Below are positions 35,382 through 43,604 of a DNA stretch of 56,124 nt, in pieces; the stretch's first letter is position 1; each line of letters opens with the position of its first letter. The notes beneath the pieces are model-generated. The model worked only from the letters and a program-made list of their open reading frames with translations, had not been told where the DNA came from and did not search any database. A program made the position numbers and the translations under genes. Source of the stretch: Candidatus Moraniibacteriota bacterium (lineage in GTDB: Bacteria > Patescibacteriota > Minisyncoccia > Moranbacterales > UBA11712); the NCBI GenBank assembly GCA_028695025.1, contig JAQVJV010000004.1, forward strand, positions 1 through 56,124, given 5' to 3'.

Positions 35382-35744
35382 ATGAATGGCAAGGGTATAT
35401 TGAAACAAAAAGCTGACAAGCTGGCACATAAAGGATATGATTTGACACAAAAATTTCCCAGGGAAGAATTATACGGATTAATCTCTCAAATACGACGCGC
35501 CCTGTTCTCTGTTCCAGCGAATATAATAGAAGGTTATTCAAAAAACAGAAGCCGCATATTCCTGCATCATCTCGAGATTGCCTATGCATCGCTTGCAGAA
35601 GCAAAATATTTCATGAATTTCGCCTGTAAAAGAAATTATATTTCTAAAGTCGAATACCTGGATTTTTATAAAAACGCCGAAGAAGTAAGCAAGATGCTTT
35701 GGTCAAACATAAATACAATATCCAATAAAATAAATCGAGAATAA
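35382..35744 (+). CDS. Four-helix-bundle protein (23S rRNA intervening-sequence protein family)
   Basis: FPREELYGLISQIRRALFSVPANIIEGYSKNRSRIFLHHLEIAYASLAEAKYF. Confidence 0.85.
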   Translation: MNGKGILKQKADKLAHKGYDLTQKFPREELYGLISQIRRALFSVPANIIEGYSKNRSRIFLHHLEIAYASLAEAKYFMNFACKRNYISKVEYLDFYKNAEEVSKMLWSNINTISNKINRE

Positions 35745-35782
35745 TTTTGATCATTGACCGCTGTTCACTGATCACTGAAAAA
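35745..35782 (+). repeat. GATC-rich repeat word block (right flank of the four-helix-bundle gene)
   Basis: ttttgatcattgaccgctgttcactgatcactgaaaaa. Related blocks occur at 34902..34954 (inverted), 35371..35384, 36196..36213, 36921..36938 and 38745..38822. Confidence 0.8.
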
Positions 35783-36196
35783 ATGTACGCCGGAGTTCCC
35801 CAATTTATCGACATCGAAGACAAAATCGCTTTCGGGCTCACCGGGAAACAGCTTCTGTGGCTCGGCGCGGGAGTGGCTCTTCTTGTGGTGGCCTACACCG
35901 CTTTCGACAGCCAGCTCTTCCTCGTCATCGGACTGTTCATCGCTGTCATTTTTGGCGGATTCGCCTTCTGGCGTCCCCAGGGAGTCCCTCTTGTCACTTT
36001 CGTCGGATACACATTCCAATATTTCGCGAAGCCCCGAAAATATATCTGGAAACGGGTATACCGGGATGACAGCCTGGAACGGAAGAAAGCCGCCCTCGCG
36101 CAATCAAAAAATGCCGCTCCGCCGACGCCCGTGAAACACCTGCCCGCCCGGGGCCAGCTGAAACGGATTGCGTGGGAACTGGACACGAGAAAGTAA
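35783..36196 (+). CDS. PrgI-family (VirB3-like) T4SS membrane protein
   Basis: MYAGVPQFIDIEDKIAFGLTGKQLLWLGAGVALLVV followed by a second TM. ATG at 35783 within the 35747 ORF. Confidence 0.75.
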   Translation: MYAGVPQFIDIEDKIAFGLTGKQLLWLGAGVALLVVAYTAFDSQLFLVIGLFIAVIFGGFAFWRPQGVPLVTFVGYTFQYFAKPRKYIWKRVYRDDSLERKKAALAQSKNAAPPTPVKHLPARGQLKRIAWELDTRK

Positions 36197-36213
36197 CAAC
36201 GATCACTGAAATT

Positions 36214-36909
36214 ATGGAAACATTACATTCCAAAAATTTGACCAAAGACAATTCCGCCGGAAAAGCCGTCCAGTCTTTTGTCGATATCGCCGAAATCAAA
36301 GACGGAGTGGTGATCCTCAAAAACGGGACTTTGCGGGCGGTCCTTATGGTCTCGTCCATCAACTTCGACCTCAAATCCAGCCAGGAGCAGGAAGCAATTG
36401 TCGCCAACTACCAAAGCTTCCTCAATTCAGTCGACTTTCCGATCCAAATTGTCGTTAGTTCCCGAAAAATGGATATCAACCCGTATCTCGAGACATTGAG
36501 CATCAAAGAGAAAGAACAGCCCAACGAGCTTCTCCGTTTCCAGATCGCCGAATACCGGGATTTCGTGAAAAATATGGTCGACGCTTCAAACATAATGGCC
36601 AAATCTTTTTTCATCATCATCCCTTTTGCCCTCACTGAAGCCAAAAAAGAAGGTTTTGTCGACCGGATCCGGGTGGCGCTCAATCCGCAACAGATCATGC
36701 TCGAGAAAAAAATGGAATTTGAGAACTACAAAAGCCAGCTCTGGCAAAGGGTCGACCATGTGATGGCCGGGCTCGGCGGAACCGGGATCCGCATGGCTCC
36801 GCTTTCAACGGAAGAGCTGATCGAATTGTATTATAATTCCTACAACCCGGGAGTGACGGAGAACACGGATATGATAAGCACGGACGAACTCAATATCTCG
36901 GCAGTCTAA
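36214..36909 (+). CDS. virB4: VirB4-class ATPase, N-terminal region encoded as a separate ORF
   Basis: QSFVDIAEIKDGVVILKNGTLRAVLMVSSINFDLKSSQEQEAIVANYQSFLNSVDFPIQIVV matches the characteristic N-terminal block of Gram-positive VirB4 proteins (Tn916 Orf16 / TcpF type). Confidence 0.7.
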   Translation: METLHSKNLTKDNSAGKAVQSFVDIAEIKDGVVILKNGTLRAVLMVSSINFDLKSSQEQEAIVANYQSFLNSVDFPIQIVVSSRKMDINPYLETLSIKEKEQPNELLRFQIAEYRDFVKNMVDASNIMAKSFFIIIPFALTEAKKEGFVDRIRVALNPQQIMLEKKMEFENYKSQLWQRVDHVMAGLGGTGIRMAPLSTEELIELYYNSYNPGVTENTDMISTDELNISAV

Positions 36910-36938
36910 AAAATATTTTGCAACGATCGCTGAATCCT

Positions 36939-38741
36939 ATGTTTAGTTTCACCAAAAAAAAACCAGCCCCAAAATTGTCCAACCAGCCCGACAAAGAAAC
37001 GGAGAAGCTATATCATGAAGGGCTCGCCTCCGTGATTGATCTCATCGCGCCGGCGGCAATCGACGTCACCGCTTCCCATGTCCGCATCGGAGATACTTTT
37101 GCCAAGACCATTTTCACGACCACTTATCCCAAGTTTCTCCAATCGGGATGGTTTTCGCCGATCATAAACCTCGACAAACCGATGGACATCGCCATGTTCA
37201 TCCACCCGATCGATACAAGCGTCATCATGAAAAGTTTGCGCCGGAGCGTCACCCAGGTGGAATCCCAGATCCACCTTGAACAGGAAGCCGGGAAAGTGCG
37301 CGACCCGATCTTGGAATCCGCCCTCCAAAACATCGAGGAATTGCGCGACAAGCTCCAGCAGGGAACCGAGCGTTTTTTCCACTTCGGCCTTTATATGACC
37401 CTCTACGGAAAATCAAAAGAAGACATCGACAAAACCGCCATGTTCATCGAGTCCCTTCTTGAATCGCGCCTGGTTTATGTAAAGGAGGCGATTTTCCGCG
37501 CCGAACAGGGATTCTGCTCCACCTTGCCGCTCGCCAATGACGAGCTCGCTGTTTCCAACAACTTGAACAGCTCGCCGCTCGCCACCACTTTCCCCTTCGT
37601 TTCTTCGGATCTGTCTTCGAATTCCGGGATACTTTACGGCATCAACCTCCACAACAACAGCTTGGTCCTTTTTGACCGTTTCCAAATGGAGAACGCCAAC
37701 ATGGTCATCTTCGCGAAATCAGGCGCCGGGAAAAGCTATGCCGTGAAGCTCGAAATCTTGCACTCGCTCATGATGGGGACGGAAGTGATCGTCCTTGATC
37801 CGGAAAATGAGTATCAATATTTATGCGAAGCTGTCGGCGGGAGCTTCATCAATATTTCGCTCAACTCGGACTATCATCTCAACCCTTTCGACCTTCCCAA
37901 TATTCCCGAGGACGAAGATCCGCGCGACGTCCTCCGCAACAACATCGCGAACCTCATCGGGCTCCTCCACATCATGCTCGGAAACATCACGCCGGAAGAA
38001 GATTCGATCCTTGACCGCGCCATCACGGAAACATATGAGATAAAAGACATCACTCCGGAAAGCAACTTGCGCGCTTTCACCCGCGAGCAGTTTCCTACCA
38101 TGTCGGACCTTTACAACGTCCTCCAAAGCATGGAAGGGGCGGAAGATCTGGCCGTCCGTCTTGAAAAATACACAACGGGAATTTTTTCCGGATTCCTCAA
38201 CAACTTGTCCAACGTGAACCTTTCCAACCACATGGTGGTTTTCAACTTGCGCGATATGCAGGAAGAGTTGCGGCCGATCGCCATGTACGTGGTCCTCCAT
38301 TTCATCTGGAACGAGATCCGCTCGCGCATGAAGAAGCGCATGATTGTCGTGGACGAAGCTTGGGTGATGATGCAGTACGAAGACGCCGGATCATTCATGT
38401 TCGGGATCGCCAAGCGCTGCCGGAAATACTTCGCCGGACTCACCACCATCACGCAGGATATCGGTGACTTCCTGGCTTCGAAATACGGGAAGCCGATCGT
38501 CACCAACTCTTCCATCCAACTGCTCTTGAAACAGTCTCCGGCCGCCATCGACACCATCGGCGACACTTTTTTCCTCACCGACCAGGAACGCTTCATGCTT
38601 CTTGAAGCCAATGTGGGGGAGGGAATTTTCTTTGCCGGAACGAAACACGTCGCCATCCAGGTCGTTGCATCGCGCTCCGAAGACCAGCTTGTTACCTCAA
38701 ACCCCGCCCAGCTTCTCGAGCGGGAAGAAAACAAAGACTAG
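36939..38741 (+). CDS. virB4: VirB4-class T4SS ATPase, middle and C-terminal ATPase region
   Basis: IAPAAIDVTASHVRIGDTFAKTIFTTTYP, Walker A FAKSGAGKSYAVK, Walker B MIVVDEAW, TTITQD. A TTG at 36918 is an alternative start. Confidence 0.88.
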   Translation: MFSFTKKKPAPKLSNQPDKETEKLYHEGLASVIDLIAPAAIDVTASHVRIGDTFAKTIFTTTYPKFLQSGWFSPIINLDKPMDIAMFIHPIDTSVIMKSLRRSVTQVESQIHLEQEAGKVRDPILESALQNIEELRDKLQQGTERFFHFGLYMTLYGKSKEDIDKTAMFIESLLESRLVYVKEAIFRAEQGFCSTLPLANDELAVSNNLNSSPLATTFPFVSSDLSSNSGILYGINLHNNSLVLFDRFQMENANMVIFAKSGAGKSYAVKLEILHSLMMGTEVIVLDPENEYQYLCEAVGGSFINISLNSDYHLNPFDLPNIPEDEDPRDVLRNNIANLIGLLHIMLGNITPEEDSILDRAITETYEIKDITPESNLRAFTREQFPTMSDLYNVLQSMEGAEDLAVRLEKYTTGIFSGFLNNLSNVNLSNHMVVFNLRDMQEELRPIAMYVVLHFIWNEIRSRMKKRMIVVDEAWVMMQYEDAGSFMFGIAKRCRKYFAGLTTITQDIGDFLASKYGKPIVTNSSIQLLLKQSPAAIDTIGDTFFLTDQERFMLLEANVGEGIFFAGTKHVAIQVVASRSEDQLVTSNPAQLLEREENKD

Positions 38742-38744
38742 CTT

Positions 38745-38822
38745 TTGCGATGATCAATGAAGAAGGATCAATATGTTGGAAATATTGTTCGCTGTTCTTT
38801 GATCACTGTTCACTGTTCGCAT
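38745..38822 (+). repeat. Gene-less (solo) copy of the GATC-rich flank pair
   Basis: ttgcgatgatcaatgaagaaggatcaatatgttggaaatattgttcgctgttctttgatcactgttcactgttcgc. It carries the left word gatcaatgaa and the right word cgctgttc..tgatcactg, with no gene between them. Confidence 0.7.
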
Positions 38823-39560
38823 ATGCCTACATCAAATTTCCGGGACGGGGCCCGCGTTTCCAATTTTCCCAAAGATCATCGGGAAAGCCCCAAGCGTCCC
38901 GAAGCCAATCCCGCTGAAAACTTCATCGAAAGAAGCCGGCGCCTCCGGTCCGGCGCTTTTTCGGTCAATCCCCAAACAAAAGGAAGAGAACCGCAACAAG
39001 AAAGCGACTACAAAAACCAACTGAAACAGCTCCGGCAAAATGTCCCTTCCGTCTTGCCGGATCCCGCCAAAGCGGGGAAACTTCGAACGGTTTTTTCCAC
39101 CGGCAGAGCCGTTTATAAAAAAATTGACATGTCCCGCGATTGGCTTTTCTTTTTCCTGCTCACCTTTGCCATGCTGAAAGACATTTTCGATATCGCCTTC
39201 ATGGCAGTGGGAACAGGAACGTCGTCTTTGCTAAACCTAGTCCCCGTAGCCGGCCAAATCGCCACCGCGACCATGGGCGCGATCGGGATGACCATCACTT
39301 TCGTAAGCGACTTGATGTTTCTCATCCTCACCGTAACCGTCCTGGTTTTGGCGGGAGAAAAACTCGCCAACCGCGGATTTGCCAAATATATTATGGGAAT
39401 CGCCGTCGAATTCATGGCCGAAGCCCTCCCGGGAATATCCCTCCTGCCCTGGACGGTCATTTATGTTTTTGTTTTGTATCTCTGCGTCCTTTATGACCGC
39501 GGAAAAAATGAGTCCGGTGAAGGAAATTCGACTTCCAACCCGGCCAGCGCAACTACCTGA
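38823..39560 (+). CDS. Membrane protein, unknown function (cluster component)
   Basis: Basic, disordered N-terminus of about 100 aa, then 4 TM helices. ATG at 38823 within the 38757 ORF. Confidence 0.65.
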   Translation: MPTSNFRDGARVSNFPKDHRESPKRPEANPAENFIERSRRLRSGAFSVNPQTKGREPQQESDYKNQLKQLRQNVPSVLPDPAKAGKLRTVFSTGRAVYKKIDMSRDWLFFFLLTFAMLKDIFDIAFMAVGTGTSSLLNLVPVAGQIATATMGAIGMTITFVSDLMFLILTVTVLVLAGEKLANRGFAKYIMGIAVEFMAEALPGISLLPWTVIYVFVLYLCVLYDRGKNESGEGNSTSNPASATT

Positions 39561-39565
39561 TTATT

Positions 39566-40237
39566 ATGGCCCTCAAATACATAGACACAAGAAAAAAAAC
39601 TTGGAAAAACCGCCGTGAGTGGCTGATCGGATTTTCAGCGCTTCTCATCTTTCTCGTGAGTTTTTTCTTCCCGCAAAAATTATTCGGCGATCCTTTCTGG
39701 CTTTCATTTTTTTTGTACGCGTCTTTTCCGGTTGCTATCATGATCTTCGTCCTGAAAGAACCTTTGCAAAACTTCGGTTTTGGAGCGGGGAAAAAGTTTT
39801 GGGGGATCGCGCTTGGCATCATTTTCACCATCGCTTTCGTTGCCGGGCACTATTTTCTCGTCTTCCATTCTCCTTGGGCCGGACAAATTCCCGTCGCGCG
39901 CGTCCTTGTTTCCGGGTTTTTAAACTTCTTGCTGTATGAGATATTTTTTTCACTGCCTTTCCAATTTTTTTCCGAAGTTTTTTTTCGGGGATTCCTGCAA
40001 TTGGGGCTTGAGAAAAAGCTGGGGATTTTTTCATTGCTTCTCGCCGCGCTTTTGCAGACTGTTCCGTACGCGCGGACGAATTGGGCCGTCCTGGCGCTTG
40101 TCGGTTGCTCATCCCTTGCCGCCGGAATCATCGTCCGCCAGGGCCGGTCGATATATTACAGCGCCATCGCCATGTGGATAATTTCCGCCAGTTTGGATAT
40201 AATGATCATAAAAGTAATCAACCAAAGCAGATTTTAG
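39566..40237 (+). CDS. CPBP-family (CAAX-like) intramembrane protease homolog, motifs partly degenerate
   Basis: 6-7 TM helices. FSEVFFRGFLQ resembles the EExxxR motif with only one Glu. The downstream His motifs are not obvious. Confidence 0.5.
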   Translation: MALKYIDTRKKTWKNRREWLIGFSALLIFLVSFFFPQKLFGDPFWLSFFLYASFPVAIMIFVLKEPLQNFGFGAGKKFWGIALGIIFTIAFVAGHYFLVFHSPWAGQIPVARVLVSGFLNFLLYEIFFSLPFQFFSEVFFRGFLQLGLEKKLGIFSLLLAALLQTVPYARTNWAVLALVGCSSLAAGIIVRQGRSIYYSAIAMWIISASLDIMIIKVINQSRF

Positions 40238-40240
40238 GCT

Positions 40241-43180
40241 ATGCGCAAAAACGAAACAAAAATATTTTCTGTCGCAGTTATAATCGGACTTTTTATAAAC
40301 CTTTCTTTTCCGGCAATCACCTTGGCTTATTCTTTCAGCGTTCCCTACGGGGCTCTCACTATCGACAGCTCCCAAATGGTTTCCATGGCCAATGAGCTTA
40401 TGCAAAACACGGAAAGCCGCTACGGATTCACTTCCGACATCCTTCGCACTGCCGACCGGAAATATTCCGCCCCCGTGGCCGAACTTTCCTTTGACAATAC
40501 CAATCCGAAACCGGGGGAGAAAGTCACCGCCTATGCCCTCCCGGAATTTTTCAAAAACGATCCACAAAACCTTTATTATACCTGGTATATCATCCATACC
40601 AAAAACGGAAAACCCGAAACCGCCACCAACACCATCCGGGAAGGAAAGATTGAAGCCGCCAAAATAATGGCTCATGGTGACTATGATCCGGAACTCGACG
40701 GCCAGGATTATGCCGGCCAGGACAAAGACCCGGACAACGACGGTTGGCCGGACGTCGATTCGAACAGCTATGATGCCGACAAAGACCAGGCTCCGATGGG
40801 GGGATCGGACGGAAAAGGCGGACTCACTGAAGACAGCGACAATTTCGATGCCAGCCTCTCGGAATATTGCGGATCCGAACCGGCACCGTCAAGCTGCAAC
40901 CTCTATACGGAAAAGAGCGCTTTTGAATCGTATTATCAATTGCAAAGCTCCCAAAACAATTCCTATTGCTCGTCATGCGCCGCTGATACCCTGTCCTGGG
41001 GAACCCTTTCTTCCGACAACCAATGCTGCTATCTGGTGCTGAACCCGACCGACACGGGTTATTCCGGATACGACAGCGGAACAGATTATTGCCCGTCCAG
41101 TTACAACCAAAATTATGAAAGTTGTTTTGGTTATACTGCTCTTCAATCAACCAATGAATCCGTCATCCAATCTTGCCTCGATACCTACTATTCCGTTTGC
41201 TCCACTGAATACGATTCGCTTCATACCAGCACAAATTTCTCCACGGGCTCGAATGATACCGACTATTCCCGCTGTTTCCGGCACAGTTTCGGCGTGAGCA
41301 ACGACGCTTATGGATTTCAAGGGTATAGCGGATCGTCCAACAGCTATGACAACGACACCTCCGGATTGGATTATAACATCGCCTGCAAACACAAATGGGT
41401 AAACGCCAAAGGATATACCAGCGGATCGGGAAAATTCACCACCGGCGAGGAGGAATATTGGAAAACCGACCCGACTGATCCCGATACGGACGGCGACGGT
41501 TTTTCGGACGGCGCCGATGTGATCGGACTCGGCCAGCAGGATTTTACCTGGACATACCGGTCCGGCGACCGGGTAGGGGTCGTCATTGAAGGCACCTCCA
41601 TGCTTCCCACCGACGAAGAAAACGCTTACTACAAAATAATGTGGGGATACCTTGGCGTTTGCGATTCGACCAAGGCGGGGCTCATGAGCAACGATGAGTG
41701 CGACAGTTCCGACGACTACGGCTTCGGGTACCTTGCCACCCAAGCGCCCGGCGAAGAAGGGGACGCAAAACTCCAACTATCGCTCGCTTATAGTCCGGAT
41801 GATCCTATTGCCGATCCGTCAAACGCCAACGCGGACAATATTTCAGGGGACGGAAGCATTTCCAACGCGGATAAAATCACCGTGAACTCGTCGCTTGATA
41901 ACACCGACCTCGATCCGGGAAATCTCTATTATGCTTGGTATATCCAAAAAGGAGATCTGGAAGACGAAGACAGTTGGAAAAAAATGGATATCGCCGACAA
42001 TTTTGACACAGATACCGTTTCAAGCGGCTTGGGCCTTTCCAGTTTTTCTTTCACCCCCAAAACTTCAGCTATGTCAGGAAACGACGACCTGCAGTATTTC
42101 AAAGTGACGGTTACCGCCTCGCGCTCATCCGGGACCGCTTCGAAACGCGGAAGAGCAAGCGTTGTCATTCCCGTAAACAAAAAAGGGATCCGCCTCCAAT
42201 TCTTCCAGGTCGATACGGCAAGCGGAAAAGCAACTCTCGGAAAAGAGGTTTGCAATGGCGCCACCTATTGCCCCGTAGTTAAAAATCAATTGCTAGCCGC
42301 CAAAGTTTCCTCGAGCGGTTATGATGTTTCCGGAAGCGAATTTTCTTGGAACATTAATGGGACAGATTATCCCACCCCATCCGATCCGTCCGACCTGTTT
42401 TCCGGATGGGATGATGCAACCACTTTTTTTGGAATTGTTGAAAATGCCGGAGAGACCCTTGACATAACCGTGAAAGCCACTCCGAAAGACGCGCTTGAGC
42501 CGGTGGCTGGCACGCGGCAACTCATCGTAGTTGATCCATCGGCATACATATTCTCAACAAACCCAAACAGCCGTCCGACCACTTATTCCGTCGATGACGA
42601 GAATACCCGGGACCTTTCTTACGAATTGTCGAGCAGTCATGTTTTTGAAGCCGATACGGGAAGCGACGTCGCTTATACTGTCGGCCTTTCTCCGGATTAT
42701 CTTTTTAGCGGGAGCGAAAACGCTGAAATTGACTGGAAAATCAACGGCACGAGCATCGCTGATTCGGATTTTGATCCGGAAACTTTCGGCATATCCGATG
42801 TAGCAACCGATGATAGCGGGAAAACTCTCGCGTTCAAAACCGGGGACGCCGAAGGCGCCAGCTATACCATTGAAGCCGACGTGAAGCGGTATTGGAGCGC
42901 GGACGAAAAAAATATTCTGGGCACGGCTTGGGATATCACGCCCTCCACACTGCTTGCAAGCTCGAGCATTGACATCACCACCGTCGCCGCTCCGCTTGAC
43001 GCCGAAGATGCGACGTCGCTCGGCCATCCGGGACAGATCCTGGCGGCCATCAGCACCCATCTGCCGCATTATTTCATGTATCTTTTGCGCCTTGTCATCA
43101 CTGTCTCCGTGATGTTCATAATGAGCGCCGGTTTTTACGGGCTTAGCCAAAGCTTAGGTTTCAAAAACGATGAAGACTGA
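40241..43180 (+). CDS. Large (979 aa) secreted surface protein with Ca-binding Asp-rich repeats and a C-terminal TM anchor
   Basis: Signal peptide. DKDPDNDGWPDVDSNSYDADKDQ and DPTDPDTDGDGFSDGADV. Duplicated NLYY[TA]WYI motif. C-terminal helix LLRLVITVSVMFIMSAGFYGL. Confidence 0.8.
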   Translation: MRKNETKIFSVAVIIGLFINLSFPAITLAYSFSVPYGALTIDSSQMVSMANELMQNTESRYGFTSDILRTADRKYSAPVAELSFDNTNPKPGEKVTAYALPEFFKNDPQNLYYTWYIIHTKNGKPETATNTIREGKIEAAKIMAHGDYDPELDGQDYAGQDKDPDNDGWPDVDSNSYDADKDQAPMGGSDGKGGLTEDSDNFDASLSEYCGSEPAPSSCNLYTEKSAFESYYQLQSSQNNSYCSSCAADTLSWGTLSSDNQCCYLVLNPTDTGYSGYDSGTDYCPSSYNQNYESCFGYTALQSTNESVIQSCLDTYYSVCSTEYDSLHTSTNFSTGSNDTDYSRCFRHSFGVSNDAYGFQGYSGSSNSYDNDTSGLDYNIACKHKWVNAKGYTSGSGKFTTGEEEYWKTDPTDPDTDGDGFSDGADVIGLGQQDFTWTYRSGDRVGVVIEGTSMLPTDEENAYYKIMWGYLGVCDSTKAGLMSNDECDSSDDYGFGYLATQAPGEEGDAKLQLSLAYSPDDPIADPSNANADNISGDGSISNADKITVNSSLDNTDLDPGNLYYAWYIQKGDLEDEDSWKKMDIADNFDTDTVSSGLGLSSFSFTPKTSAMSGNDDLQYFKVTVTASRSSGTASKRGRASVVIPVNKKGIRLQFFQVDTASGKATLGKEVCNGATYCPVVKNQLLAAKVSSSGYDVSGSEFSWNINGTDYPTPSDPSDLFSGWDDATTFFGIVENAGETLDITVKATPKDALEPVAGTRQLIVVDPSAYIFSTNPNSRPTTYSVDDENTRDLSYELSSSHVFEADTGSDVAYTVGLSPDYLFSGSENAEIDWKINGTSIADSDFDPETFGISDVATDDSGKTLAFKTGDAEGASYTIEADVKRYWSADEKNILGTAWDITPSTLLASSSIDITTVAAPLDAEDATSLGHPGQILAAISTHLPHYFMYLLRLVITVSVMFIMSAGFYGLSQSLGFKNDED

Positions 43181-43583
43181 AGATAGAAAAAAAGCCATCA
43201 GTTTTTTAAAAATTGCTATTTTTGCTTTTTGTTTTTTGCTTCTATTCATTCTTTCGAATAAAACCCTGGCCGACACTGACAGTTATAAAAACCAAGAAAA
43301 AATTCCGGGAGCAAGCCAGACTACCGGTAATTTCATCCAGTATATGCAAGACGTGATCACGTTCGGATATAACATCATCGGGATCCTCGCCATCTTCATG
43401 CTTCTCATCGGCGCCTATCAATATCTCATCGGCTCAACCACGGGAAATGTTTCGGGAGCGAAAGAAACCATTGTTTCCGCCCTCATCGGCCTTATCCTCG
43501 GCCTTTGCGCCTATATCATACTGAATAAGATCAATCCGGATTTGGTAAGTTTCCGGAGCATCACGCAAATAACCGGCAAATAA
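43170..43583 (+). CDS. TrbC/VirB2-like T4SS pilin
   Basis: 137 aa. Signal peptide ending TLADTDSY, then two hydrophobic helices (IIGILAIFMLLIGAYQYL; ALIGLILGLCAYIIL). Confidence 0.7.
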   Translation: MKTEDRKKAISFLKIAIFAFCFLLLFILSNKTLADTDSYKNQEKIPGASQTTGNFIQYMQDVITFGYNIIGILAIFMLLIGAYQYLIGSTTGNVSGAKETIVSALIGLILGLCAYIILNKINPDLVSFRSITQITGK

Positions 43584-43604
43584 GAAAATCAAAATATTTT
43601 TCAA

